Assembly: GCA_030390025.1 (NCBI GenBank) | Contig: CM059431.1 | Span: 101,806,001-101,870,000 of the forward strand | Reading direction: 5' to 3' | DNA from: Squalus acanthias | Lineage: Eukaryota | DNA: 64,000 bases | In this document: positions 25,090 through 37,000 of the stretch, in pieces | Position numbering within the stretch: the first letter of the stretch is position 1 | Layout: the number at the start of each line of letters is the position of its first letter | Notes under the pieces: generated by a model | What the model was told of the DNA's origin: nothing | The model's database searches: none | The model's input: the letters and a program-made list of their open reading frames with translations, nothing else | Translations under genes and position numbers: made by a program

Positions 25090-28000
25090 ACCTCAGACAG
25101 TGCGGCACTCCCTCAGTACTGCCCCTCCGACAGTGGAGCACTCCCTCAGTACTGCCCCTCCGACAGTGCGGCGCTCCCTCAGTACTGCCCCTCCGACAGT
25201 GCAGGCGCTCCCTCAGTACTGCTCCTCCGACAGTGGAGCACTCCCTCAGTACTGCCCCTCCGACAGTGCAGCGCTCCCTCAGTACTGCCCCTCCGACAGT
25301 GCGGCGCTCCCTCAGTACTGCTCCTCCGACAGTGCAGCACTCCCTCAGTACTGCCCCTCCGACAGTGCGGCGCTCCCTCAGTACTGCCCCTCCGACAGTG
25401 CGGCGCTCCCTCAGTACTGTCCCTCCGACAGTGCGGCGCTCGCTCAGTACTGCCCCTCCGACAGTGCGGCGCTCGCTCAGTACTGCCCCTCCGACAGTGG
25501 AGCACTCCCTCAGTACTGCCCCTCCGACAGTGCGGCGCTCCCTCAGTACTGCCCCTCTGACAGTGGAGCACTCCCTCAGTACTGCCCCTCCCACAGTACG
25601 GCGCTCCCTCAGTACTGCCCCTCCGACAGTGCGGCGCTCGCTCAGTACTGCCCCTCCGACAGTGCGGCGCTTGCTCAGTACTAGCACTGGGAGTGTCAGC
25701 CTAGATTTTTGTGCTCAAGTCTCTGGAGTGGGACTTGAACCCACAACCTTCTGACTCAGAGGTGAGGGCGCTGCCCACTGAGCCACTGGTGCTGTTCTAT
25801 CTCAGGTTGTTTCACACGCCCAGAAACTACTTTAAGAACCTGCTTAAGTTTGCAGACTTGAGCTTTCCAGCCTAACTGCGCAGTAAATTCCCATTAGCTC
25901 ATCGACAAAGTATGAGAGAAAATAGTGCGACACCGAGGCTTTGGTATTTTAAAGGGGGTGGGCGGGAATGGTGCGCGCGAGCCTCTAGATACGCGGTATC
26001 CCCGGGGAGTCCTGTGATGCGGAGGGGCCCAGCCGATCTCAACGGCCGATCGGCATTTGCATGATCGTTCCCGGGGTCCTGTGGGAACGGTCATCGAGGT
26101 CCTTCATCTCCAGCAAGCTGCCTGGGGTCGCCCAGTAGCTGTCTGCAGCTCGCCGATTTGATGCAATGAGGGCCAAAATGAGGTGCACATCAGGCCAATC
26201 GGTGAACAGAATTTCTCCCCTGAAGTGTGCGCAGAAGCATGACCTTTGATAAGTTACATATCTTTCCTAGTTATTGTTTGGAGACTGTTGCTCATTTTTA
26301 AGCACTTCAGCTCAATTGCAACTCATTATTTTGGCGTTATTCTTTCAGCCATATATTTTCCAAAACTTCATTTTAATTCAGGATTGGTAATTGCTCTCTT
26401 TTTCTTTTTGGTTTTCAGGCAGCCATGTGCTACGTCCATGTCGCAGCACTCGTGGCTGAATATCTCAAAAGGAAAGGTAAGGTGAACACATTGGTTGTGT
26501 TGAAAGACCATGGGTGTTTTGGTCAGGCAGTGTTGGTGCCTTACTGAAAGGAACGACTTGCATTTATATAGCGCCATTCACGACCTCGGGACGTCCCAAA
26601 GCGCTTTACAGCCAATGAAGTACTTTTTTGAAGTGCTGTCACTGTTGTAATGCAGGAAACACGGCAGCCAATTTGCGCACAGCAAGCTCCCACAAGCAGC
26701 GATGTGATATTCACCGGATAATCTGCTATAGTGATGTTGGTTGAGGGATAAATATTGGCCCCAGGACACTCCTTATTGAACTAGCGAACTACTTGCTGAT
26801 GCTGGTAACAGTCTCCACAGCTCATTCCGTCAGCGGTGGCCCGCAATTTTAAAATAAAACCTAACTGTTAATATACCTTTTAAAAGAACCGGCTGCTTGT
26901 GCATAAAGAGGTTTATGTCGTCTTCTGAAAATCAGTCATCCCTCTCGCTACCCATTTTTCGGTTGGTGTTGAATACCGCAGTGAATTTTGCCACCCAATG
27001 TTTGGGGAGAAGATCAGGTAGAACTTTATCTTTTCAAGGAACTCTAGCTTCCTGAAGAAATGTTCAGCAAACAGACAGTGCAGCGCTCCCTCAGTACTGC
27101 CCCTCCGACAGTGCGGAGCTCCCTCAGTACTGCCCCTCCGACAGTGCGGAGCTCCCTCAGTACTGCCCCTCCGACAGTGCGGAGCTCCCTCAGTACTGCC
27201 CCTCCGACAGTGCGGCGCTCCCTCAGTACTGCCCCTCCGACAGTGCAGCACTCCCTCAGTACTGCCCCTCTGACAGTGCAGCGCTCCCTCAGTACTGCCC
27301 CTCCGACAGTGCGGCGCTCCCTCAGTACCGCCCCTCCGACAGTGCGGCACTCCCTCAGTACTGCCCCTCCGACAGTGCGGCGCTCCCTCAGTACTGCCCC
27401 TCTGACAGTGCGGCACTCCCTCAGTACTGCCCCTCCGACAGTGCTGCGCTCCCTTAGTACTGCCCCTCCGACAGTGCAGCGTTCCCTCAGTACTGCCCCT
27501 CCGACAGTGCAGCGCTCCCTCAGCACTGCCCCTCCGACAGTGCTGCGCTCCCTTAGTACTGCCCCTCCGACAGTGCAGCGTTCCCTCAGTACTGCCCCTC
27601 CGACAGTGCAGCGCTCCCTCAGTACTGCCCCTCCGACAATGCAGCGCTCCCTCAGTACTGCCCCTCCGACAGTGCAGCCTTCCCACAGTATTGCCCCTCC
27701 GACAGTGCAGTGCTCCCTCAGTACCGCCCCTCCGACAGTGCAGCCTTCCCTCAGTACTGCCCCTCCGACAGTGCGGCGCTCCCTCAGTACTGCCCCTCCG
27801 ACTGTGCAGCGCCCCCTCAGTACTGCCCCTGCGACAGTGCAGCACTCCCTCAGTACTGCCCCTCCGACAGTGCAGCACTCCCTCAGTACTGCCCCTCCGA
27901 CTGTGCAGCGCCCCCTCAGTACCGCCCCTCCGACAGTGCAGCGCTCCCTCAGTACTGCCCCTCCGACTGTGCAGCGCCCCCTCAGTACTGCCCCTCCGAC

Positions 28001-31000
28001 AGTGCGGCGCTCCCTCAGTACTGCCCCTCCGACAGTGCGGCGCTCCCTCAGTACTGCCCCTCCGACAGTGCGGCGCTCCCTCAGTACTGCCCCTCCGACA
28101 GTGCAGCGCTCCCTCAGTACTGCCCCTCCGACAGTGCGGCGCTCCCTCAGTACTGCCCCTCCGACAGTGCGGCGCCCCCTCAGTACTGCCCCTCCGACAG
28201 TGCGGCGCCCCCTCAGTACTGCCCCATCCGACAGTGCGGCGCTCCCTCAGTCTGCCCTTGTGCTCAAGTCTCTGGAGTGGGACGTGAACCTCGCAACCTT
28301 GTGACTCGGAGGTGAGAGAGTGCTGCCGACTGAGCCACGGCCGACCCTCTGATTTATTAAGTGCATCTGAAGCTGAGGCATGAAACGGGGCTGAGACTCA
28401 AGTCCATCCATTGTTTGAGTATTTGGGGAAATCCACACCGAGTGTAAACAGGTCTCTCGTTTCAGGCGTTATCAGAAACTTTATTGGCCCTTGAGACCTG
28501 TAGCTTTTAATTAAATAAATCTAATCTGATTTCCTTTGAAAAAACCCCAGCCCCCAACAAATCATTGAGCGATGCACGTATTCTCAGACAGACTCCGGCT
28601 GGCACGAGTCTGCATGTAATCTGGTTGCTCGGTGTTGAATCAGTGAGGAGGTCAAAGGCGTCTACTGACGGAGTGCTGACTACCTCAGCAAAGTGCGAAT
28701 GCAGCAAAGTTGAAGTACAAAAGACACTGAACAAGGAAATATTTACCAGACCTGAACATTGTGTGCTGTGGCTCTCGGACGCGAGAACCTGCACATGCGG
28801 ATGGAGACTTCTCTGCAGTTGGAAAAATAAAATTAGAGAGCTTCAATTTTGATTATTTTTTTACCAACGAAGGTATATCACCTTTTCTGTTCCTAGACAT
28901 AGAACATAGGAGCCTCGCGGTGGTCTGTAAAGTTCCATTTAGATTGCCTCCCTCCTGTCCAAGCTGTTGTAACCAATGATGTGTTTTTTCTTCAAGATTC
29001 TCGTCCCAATTTAGGCATGAAAAATTATAAGCTACTTGTCTCCCCCGCCCCCCCCCCCCCCCCCCCCCCAGGCCATTTCAGTGTGAGATCAGGAAGCACT
29101 TTCTCACGCAAATGGGTGGTGGAAATCTGCAACTTTCTCCGCGCCCCCCCGCCACACACACCACCGAAAGGCTGTAGATGCTGGAGGTGGTGGGGGGGGG
29201 GTCAATTAAAATTGACGAGGACGAAATTGATAGTTCTCGTTAGGTAATGGCATCACGCAGCATGAAGCAAAGGCGGTTCAATAGAACTGAGCTACAGATC
29301 AGCCATGATCTCATCGAATGGCGGGACGGGCGCGAGGGGCTGAACGGCCGCCTCCTGTTCCTGTGTCCCGTGCAATCTCCCTTCCTCAGATATTCCAAAA
29401 GCCAACCACCCTCTCGGTGTAATAATGTTTACTTGGCACCCTGCCTGAAACCACAAATTATATTTTGAGTCCCTTTGTTTTGCTGACATGTATCAAATCA
29501 AATTCCCTGATTAATCCTCTATATTCCCGAGCCTTATTAATTTGAATACTTCCATCATGTTCCCTGCAGTCTTCACTTTTTATAATACAACGTTCGGACA
29601 TCTCTTGTTATTCACCAGTTGCTTCCCACAGATTGATTGGCCCTTTCGGAGCTCCACAAAACGCCAATCTTGCTCATCTACCGTTTTTCATGACATCATT
29701 AAGACAACTTCAAAGAATTTGCTTTGGAAACAGCCAGATTTTGACCTGTTTGCCTCTCTGCTGCCATCAATCACTGATAAAACAAAATGGTGCGGTGTGT
29801 GCAAAGTTTGTGACATAGCACACGCTGTTTTGTATCAGCCGTGGCTCAGTGGGTAGCACAATCCCAGTGCAGTGCTGAGGGAGCGCCGCACTGTCGATGG
29901 GGCAATACTGAGGGAGCGCCGCACTGTCGGAGGGGCAATACTGAGGGAGCGCCGCACTGTCGGAGGGGCAGTACTGAGGGAGCGCCGCACTGTCGGAGGG
30001 GCGGTACTGAGGGAGCGCCGCACTGTCGGAGGGGCAGTACTGAGGGAGCGCCGCACTGTCGGAGGGGCAGTACTGAGGGAGCGCCGCACTGTCGGAGGGG
30101 GCAGTGCTGAGGGAGCGCCGCACTGTCGGAGGGGGCAGTACTGAGGGAGCGCCGCACTGTCGGAGGGGGCAGTACTGAGGGAGCGCCGCACTGTCGGAGG
30201 GGCAGTACTGAGGGAGCGCCGCACTGTCGGAGGGGCAATACTGAGGGAGCGCCGCACTGTCGGAGGGGCAGTACTGAGGGAGCGCCGCACTGTCGGAGGG
30301 GCAATACTGAGGGAGCGCCGCACTGTCGGAGGGGCAGTACTGAGGGAGCGCCGCACTGTCGGAGGGGCAGTACTGAGGGAGCGCCGCACTGTCGGAGGGG
30401 CAGTACTGAGGGAGCGCCGCACTGTCGGAGGGGCAGTGCTGAGGGTGCGCCGCACTGTCGGAGGGGCAGTGCTGAGGGAGCGCCGCACTGTCGGAGGGGC
30501 AGTACTGAGGGAGCGCCGCACTGTCGGAGGGTGCAGTACTGAGGGAGCGCCGCACTGTCGGAGGGGGCAGTACTGAGGGAGCGCCGCACTGTCGGAGGGG
30601 GCAGTACTGAGGGAGCGCCGCACTGTCGGAGGGGCAGTACTGAGGGAGCGCCGCACTGTCGCAGGTGCCGTCTTTCAGATGAGACGTTAAACCGAGGCCC
30701 CGACTGCCCCTCTCAGGTGGACGTAAAAGATCCCACGGCCACTATTTCGAAGAAGAGCAGGGGAGTTCTACCCGGTGTCCTGGGGCCAATAATTATCCCT
30801 CAATCAACCTCATTATCACATTGCTGTTTGTGGGAGCTTGCTGTGCGCAAATTGGCTGCCGCGTTTCCTACATTACAACAGTGACCACACTTCAAAAAGC
30901 ACTTAATTGGTTGTAAAGCGCTTTGGGACGTCCTGAGGTCGTGAAAGGTGCTATAGAAATGCAGGTCTTTCTTTATTAAAAATGTGATCTTAGCTGCTGA

Positions 31001-34000
31001 CGTACAACAAGAAACGGTGTCGCTGTTTATCTGAAATTTTCTGAAACAAACACAGCCTGTGTAACCGGTAATCAGAACATTTTGTACAGGCATCCAAAAC
31101 TACTTCTGAATTGATAATACCCTAAGAAGAGAGAAACTGTTCCCATTGGCGGAAGGGTCGAGAACCAGAGGACACAGATTTAAGGTGATTGGCAGAAGAA
31201 CCAAAGGCGACATGAGGAAAAACTTTTTTACGCAGCGAGTGGTTGGGATCTGGAATGCGCTGCCTGAGAGGGTGGTGGAGGCAGACTCAATCACGGCTTT
31301 CAAAAGGGAATTGGATAAGTAGCTGAAGGAAAAAAATTCACAAGGGCTACGGGGAAAGGGCGGGGGAGTGGGACTAGCTGAGGTGCTCTTGCAGAGAGCC
31401 GGCACGGGCTCGACAGGCCGAATGGCCTCCTTCTGTGCTGTAACCATTCAATGAAAACAGTGTTGGTTAATTCAGTGAATGGAACTGCCCAACAATTTCC
31501 TGTTGCAGTTTTCCATGAGTATGGCATCTTTAATTTGCTGAGCTTTCCCTTATAACTAACGGAGTTGGTAAGCTTGAGGTCATTCAAAACTCTGCTGCCC
31601 GTGTCCTAACTCGCACCAAGTCCCGTTCACCCATCACCCCTGTGGTCGCTGACCTACATTGGCTCCCGGTCCGGCAACGCCTCGATTTAAAAAATTCTCA
31701 TCATTGTTTTCAAATCCCTCCATGGCCTCGCCCCTTCCTATCTCTGTAACCTCCTCCAGCGCTCCAACTCTCTGAGATCTCTGCACTCCTCCAATTCTGG
31801 CCTCCTGCGCATCCCCGATTTTCATCGCTCCACATTGGTGGCCGTGCCTTCAGTTGCCTGGGCCCTAAGCTCTGGAATTCCTTCCCTAAACCTCTCCGCC
31901 TCTCTCTCCTCCTTTAAGACGCTCCTTAAAACCTGCCTCTTTGACCAAGCTTTTGGTCACCTGTCCCTAATATCTCCTTCTGTGGCTTGGTGTCAAATTT
32001 TGTTTGATAATCGCTCCTGTGAACCAATTTGGGAGGTTTTACTGCGTTAATGGTGCTATATAAAAGCGACTTGTTGCTGTTATTTTTGTTGTTGTTGGTG
32101 CTAAGGTGTGGTTATCACATTTGTTGAATGCGAATTTCCGTCCAGATAAGAATGTGTTATCTGGTACACAGCCAGACTTACTGGAACAAGCAATATCATC
32201 CATTAGGTTAACAAAGTGATTTTCTAAACTTTCACCACTGGAACCTGGTTGAAATTCCCACTAAGACTAATTCCCTTCTTTCAGATTTATTTATTTATTT
32301 TTAATCCGCACCAAACAATATTTTGGACAAAATGGGCTCTGAAAACTATGAATTGTCTATTTCTGTACTGCTTTTATCCCTGTAGACTTGATAATTCTGT
32401 GATCTTTTCGAATTTCCAAGGGTGATACCAGAACTGAGAGGTTATAATGATCAGGAAAGATCGATCAGGCTGGGGGTCTTTTGTCCAGAAAACTGAAGAC
32501 TGAGGGGCGACCTGATAGAGGTCTTTAAAATTATGAAGGGGTTTGATAGGGTAGACGCAGAGAGAGTTTTTCCACTTGTGGGGGAGACCAAAACTAGGGC
32601 CCATCAATATAAGATAGTCACTAATAAATCCAATCGGGAATTCAGGAGAAACTTCTTTACCCAGAGAGTGGTGAGAATGTGGAACTCGCTACCACAGGGA
32701 GTGGTTGAGGCGAATAGCGTCGATGCATTTAAGGGAAAGCTCGATAAGCACATGAGGGAGACAGGAAAAGAAGGATATGCTGATGGGGTGGGATGAAGAG
32801 GGGTGGGAGGAGGCTCGTGTGGAGCATAAACACCAGCACGGACCAGTTGGGCCAAATGGCCTGTTCTGTGCCGTAAATTCCTCTAAGTCAGTAATACTCT
32901 TCAAAACAAAGAACGCGAGCAAAAGTAACTGATTGATTGTTTAATCTGTTGAAATGAATTTGTAGGAGAAGTGATTTAATATGACACTCTGTGGTATATC
33001 TTGCAGAAACTTGCCCATCTCTATAAAATTCATCAAGCTTACCAAAGAAAATTGCTGAGGTTACGTGGAACTTGCTATCACAGTGAGTGGTTGAGGCGAA
33101 TAGCGCAGATGTATAGAAAGAGAGAGCGCGATAAGTACACGAGGGAGAAAGGAATAGAAGGTTATGTCCAAAAGCAAAATACTGCGGAAGCTGGAAATCT
33201 GAAATAAAAAACAGAAAATGCTGGAAATACTCAGTAGGTCAGGCAGCATCTGTCGAGAGAGAAACAGAGTTAACGTTTCAGGTCGATGACCCTTCGTCAG
33301 AACTGGAAAAAGTTAGAGGTTTAACAGGTTTTTTAAGCAAGTGTAGGGGCAGGGAGAAGGGGGAGGGGAGGAAAGAACAAAAGGGAAGGTCTGTGATAGG
33401 GTGGAAGGCAGGAGTGATTAAGAGACAAAAGGGATGATGGTGCAAGGCAAAAGGAGATGGTAATGGGACAAGTTAAGAAAGAAAAGATGAGTCTTGATGA
33501 AGTGCATGTCTACCTGAGAGGGCAGGTGGCATCTTGAGTAGTCTAATCAGATTTGCAGGTCGCTCTGACCTTTCAGTTGCAGGAAGTGATGTAAGAAAAC
33601 TACTAGGCACTTGGTCTAAGCGTTAAACAAAGCTTTAATCAACTGTTTTCCAACATGGAGATCTAGTTGTGTCCTTCAGTAGTTCCTGTTAAAGAATGTC
33701 CTGAGCAAGCTGGGCCCATGCCCGAGTATTTATACTCTCCCTGGACAGCGCCACCAGCAGGCTGCCCAGTATTATTTCATAAGTCATTTCCACATGAATG
33801 ACAAGATTCATGTCCGGAAGTATAAATGATACCAAGAAGGGCAGTCTGGTAAATGCATCTTCATATTCCATTTGCCTCTTCCAGGTGTATTTAAACAAGG
33901 CTGCACAGCTTTTAAGGTGATCACGCCCAACATAGATGAGGAGGCAGCAATGATGGAGGATGTGGGAATGCAAGATGTCCACTACAATGAGGTGAGTTGA

Positions 34001-37000
34001 TCTGAGCGTTATCATAATCTGCAATTTTGCCCTTTCCTTACAATATTCAAACTCTGATGTTGGTGCTGTTCTTGCTGCATGTCTGCACTCAGTCCTGACC
34101 AAGACTGCCTTCGATCACTGCTTGGGCTCAACCGGCCACTTGCTTTGATGGAATCTTTATTCCTCGGTTCTTTTTTTTTACGTGATTGTCTGTTTTTTTT
34201 TGGGTGCGCAGCGCGGTCTCATAACGGGTCAAGAGAGTCGCGCTGACCAGGCGGGTATCTGGAGTTGGGTCGCAGATCAGCCGTGATCTCGTTGAATGGC
34301 GGAACAGGCTCGAGGGGCTGAACGGCCTCCTCCTGCTCCTGGGGTGGAAGCTTTATGCATGCTCCTCTGAGCAATAGTCTTCCACTTTATATTTAAGGAT
34401 AATAAGGTTCTGTGAAAGAAAGAAGGAACTTGCATTAGACAGCGCCTTTCACAACCTCAAGATGTCCCAAAGCGCTTTACAGCCAATGAAGGACTTTTTT
34501 TTTTGAAGTGTGGTCGCTGTTGTAATAGGGGAAACGCGGCAGCCAATTTACGCACAGCAAGCTCCCACAAACAGCAATGTGATAATGATCAGATGACGAT
34601 TTTTTTTTTTAGTCATGTGGGGTGAAGGAGAACTCCCCCACTCTTCGAAATAGTGGCCGCGGGATCTCTCACGTCCACCCGAGAGAGCAGACGGGGCCTC
34701 GGTTTAACGTCTCAGCCGAAAGACGGCACCTCCGACAGTGCAGCACTCCCTCGGCACGGGCCCTGGAATACCCTAGGGGTTGGCGCACTACAGCTCCAAT
34801 ACTCACGGGCGTAGTATCAGCCTAACTCATTATCAATAAGTGCAGAATATACGTTGTGAGCAAACTCCAGGGTGATAAGAATATACTGAAGTTGCAAATT
34901 TAGTTATCAACCATTTTAAAAACACAAATTGCCTCAGAGATGGACTCTTAACCTTTCCTCATTGAGCGACCACTAGTTAATCATTGATAGGATCACAGTC
35001 GACATAATTAAAATGCTGCTTGCTATAGAACATCTGTTTACACAGTTGTCCTGTCATGGGATTGTATTACTGATAATTAGCATTTTTGTTGTGCTTTAGT
35101 CATTGATATCTCCTGAGTCAGCTAAAGCAGCTCAAAAATACTTGACAATTTAAGACAAAAATAATGATGCATTCCATCTAATTTCCCTCCCTTATCCTGT
35201 CCTCAAAGCATTGACTTATCATCATTAACATTCTCATCCTTGTGTTCAAATCCCTCCATGGCCTCGCCCCCTCCCTATCTCTAGTGCAACGCTCTCCTGG
35301 CCGGCCTCCCACGTTCTACCCTATGTAAACTTGAGCTCATCCAATACTCTGCTGCCCCCGTGTCCTAACTCGCACCGAGTCCCGTTCGCCCATCACCCCC
35401 TGTGCTCGCTGACCGACATTGACTCCCGGTCCGGCAACGCCTCGATTTCAAAATTCTCATTCTGGTTTTCAAATCCCTCCATGGCCTCCTCGCCCCTCCC
35501 TATCTCTGTAACCTCCTCCAGCCCCCCCCCCACCAGATCTCTGCACTCCCCCAATTCAATTCTGGCCTCTTGCGCCTCCCCAATTTTCATCGTTCCACCA
35601 TTGGCGGCCGTACCTTCAGCTGTACTATTCCGTAGACTCGGGATGACTGCAGTCCGCCGAGTCCCGTGCCCGAGATGACTATTAAGCACTTCCCGTTGGC
35701 CACTGGGCGAGGACTGGGTCGGGTGTGTGATGGACTCCGCAGTCGGATAGCCTCTCACTTGACAGCATGATTCCCCACTGCCGTTCGGTGAATCACTCCC
35801 CACGATGAGTCACTGCTTTGAGGACGAGATAAAGGAGGAAAATTAGAGAGAATATATTTTTACTTTTTCTGAAATTGTCAAGTATTTTTGAGGTGATTAT
35901 AGCTCTATAAAAAGATATTTATCAACTAAATGCTGCCATCATTGTATTTCACTCTTGCTCAAGCTGTCTACTTTGTTTCTATCAGTTTGTATTCAATGTA
36001 AATCGATTTTAAAACATTTAAATTTTTTTTCCATATCACCTTTAATGGGGAAAAAGCAAAGGCTCCTAAGAAATGAACACTGAAAAATAGTAGGGTTACT
36101 GGAGGTGATTGGATGTGAGGACCTGTTTGACCCTAAGCTGAGCTTCTGACCCCATATCCTCGCCCATCACCAAAACCGGCTACTTCCACCTCCGTAGCAT
36201 CGCCCTTCTCTGTCCCCACCTCAGCTCATCTGCTGCTGAAACCCTCATTCACGCCATTGTTACCTCTGGACCCGACTATTCCAACGCTCTCCTGGCTGGC
36301 CTCCCACCTTGCCCCCTCTGTCAACTTGCACTCATTCAAACCTCTGCTGCCTGTATCCTAACTCACTCAAAATAGGGCTTCACGGGGGCGTTATTGGCCA
36401 AAATTTGACACCGAGCCGCATAAGGAGAAATTAGGACAGCTTGGTCAAAGAGGTAGCTTTTGAGGCGTGTCTTAAAGGAGGAGAGAGAGAGACGGAGAGG
36501 TTTAGGGAGGGAATTCCAGAGCTTAGGGCCCAGGCATCTGAAGGCACGGCCGCCAATAGTGGAGCGAAGAAAATTGGGGATGCGCAAGATGCCAGAATTG
36601 GAGGAGCGCAGAGATCTCGGAAGGTTGTAGGGCTGGAGGAGGCTACAGAGATAAGGAGGGGCGAGGCCATGGAGGAATTGGTCAACGGGACTTGGTGCGA
36701 GTTAGGACACGGGCAGCAGAGTATTGGATGAGCTCAAGTTTACGGAGGATGGAAGATGGGAGGCTGGCCAGGAGAGCGTTGGAATAGTTAAGTCTAGAGG
36801 TAGCAAAGGCATGGATGAGGGTTATGGCTTCACGAGTGGACGGAAGAAACTGGAAAAGCAAAAAGAAGGGGCGGAGGGGCAGGGAAATGTGAATATTTTA
36901 AAAGTCCTTCCTTCCATTTGATTTCCAATACAAAAGATGTTGATTGGTTTTGTATGGGGCATTACATAAGAACAGAACAAATAGGAGCAGGAGTAGGCCC

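Noticed and set aside
28560..28979. Equivalent of the DOCK9 cassette exon recalled between ...RK and GVF...
   Set aside because: Acceptor-like sites near 28588, 28592 and 28896 run into in-frame stops and I found no convincing phase-1 donor.
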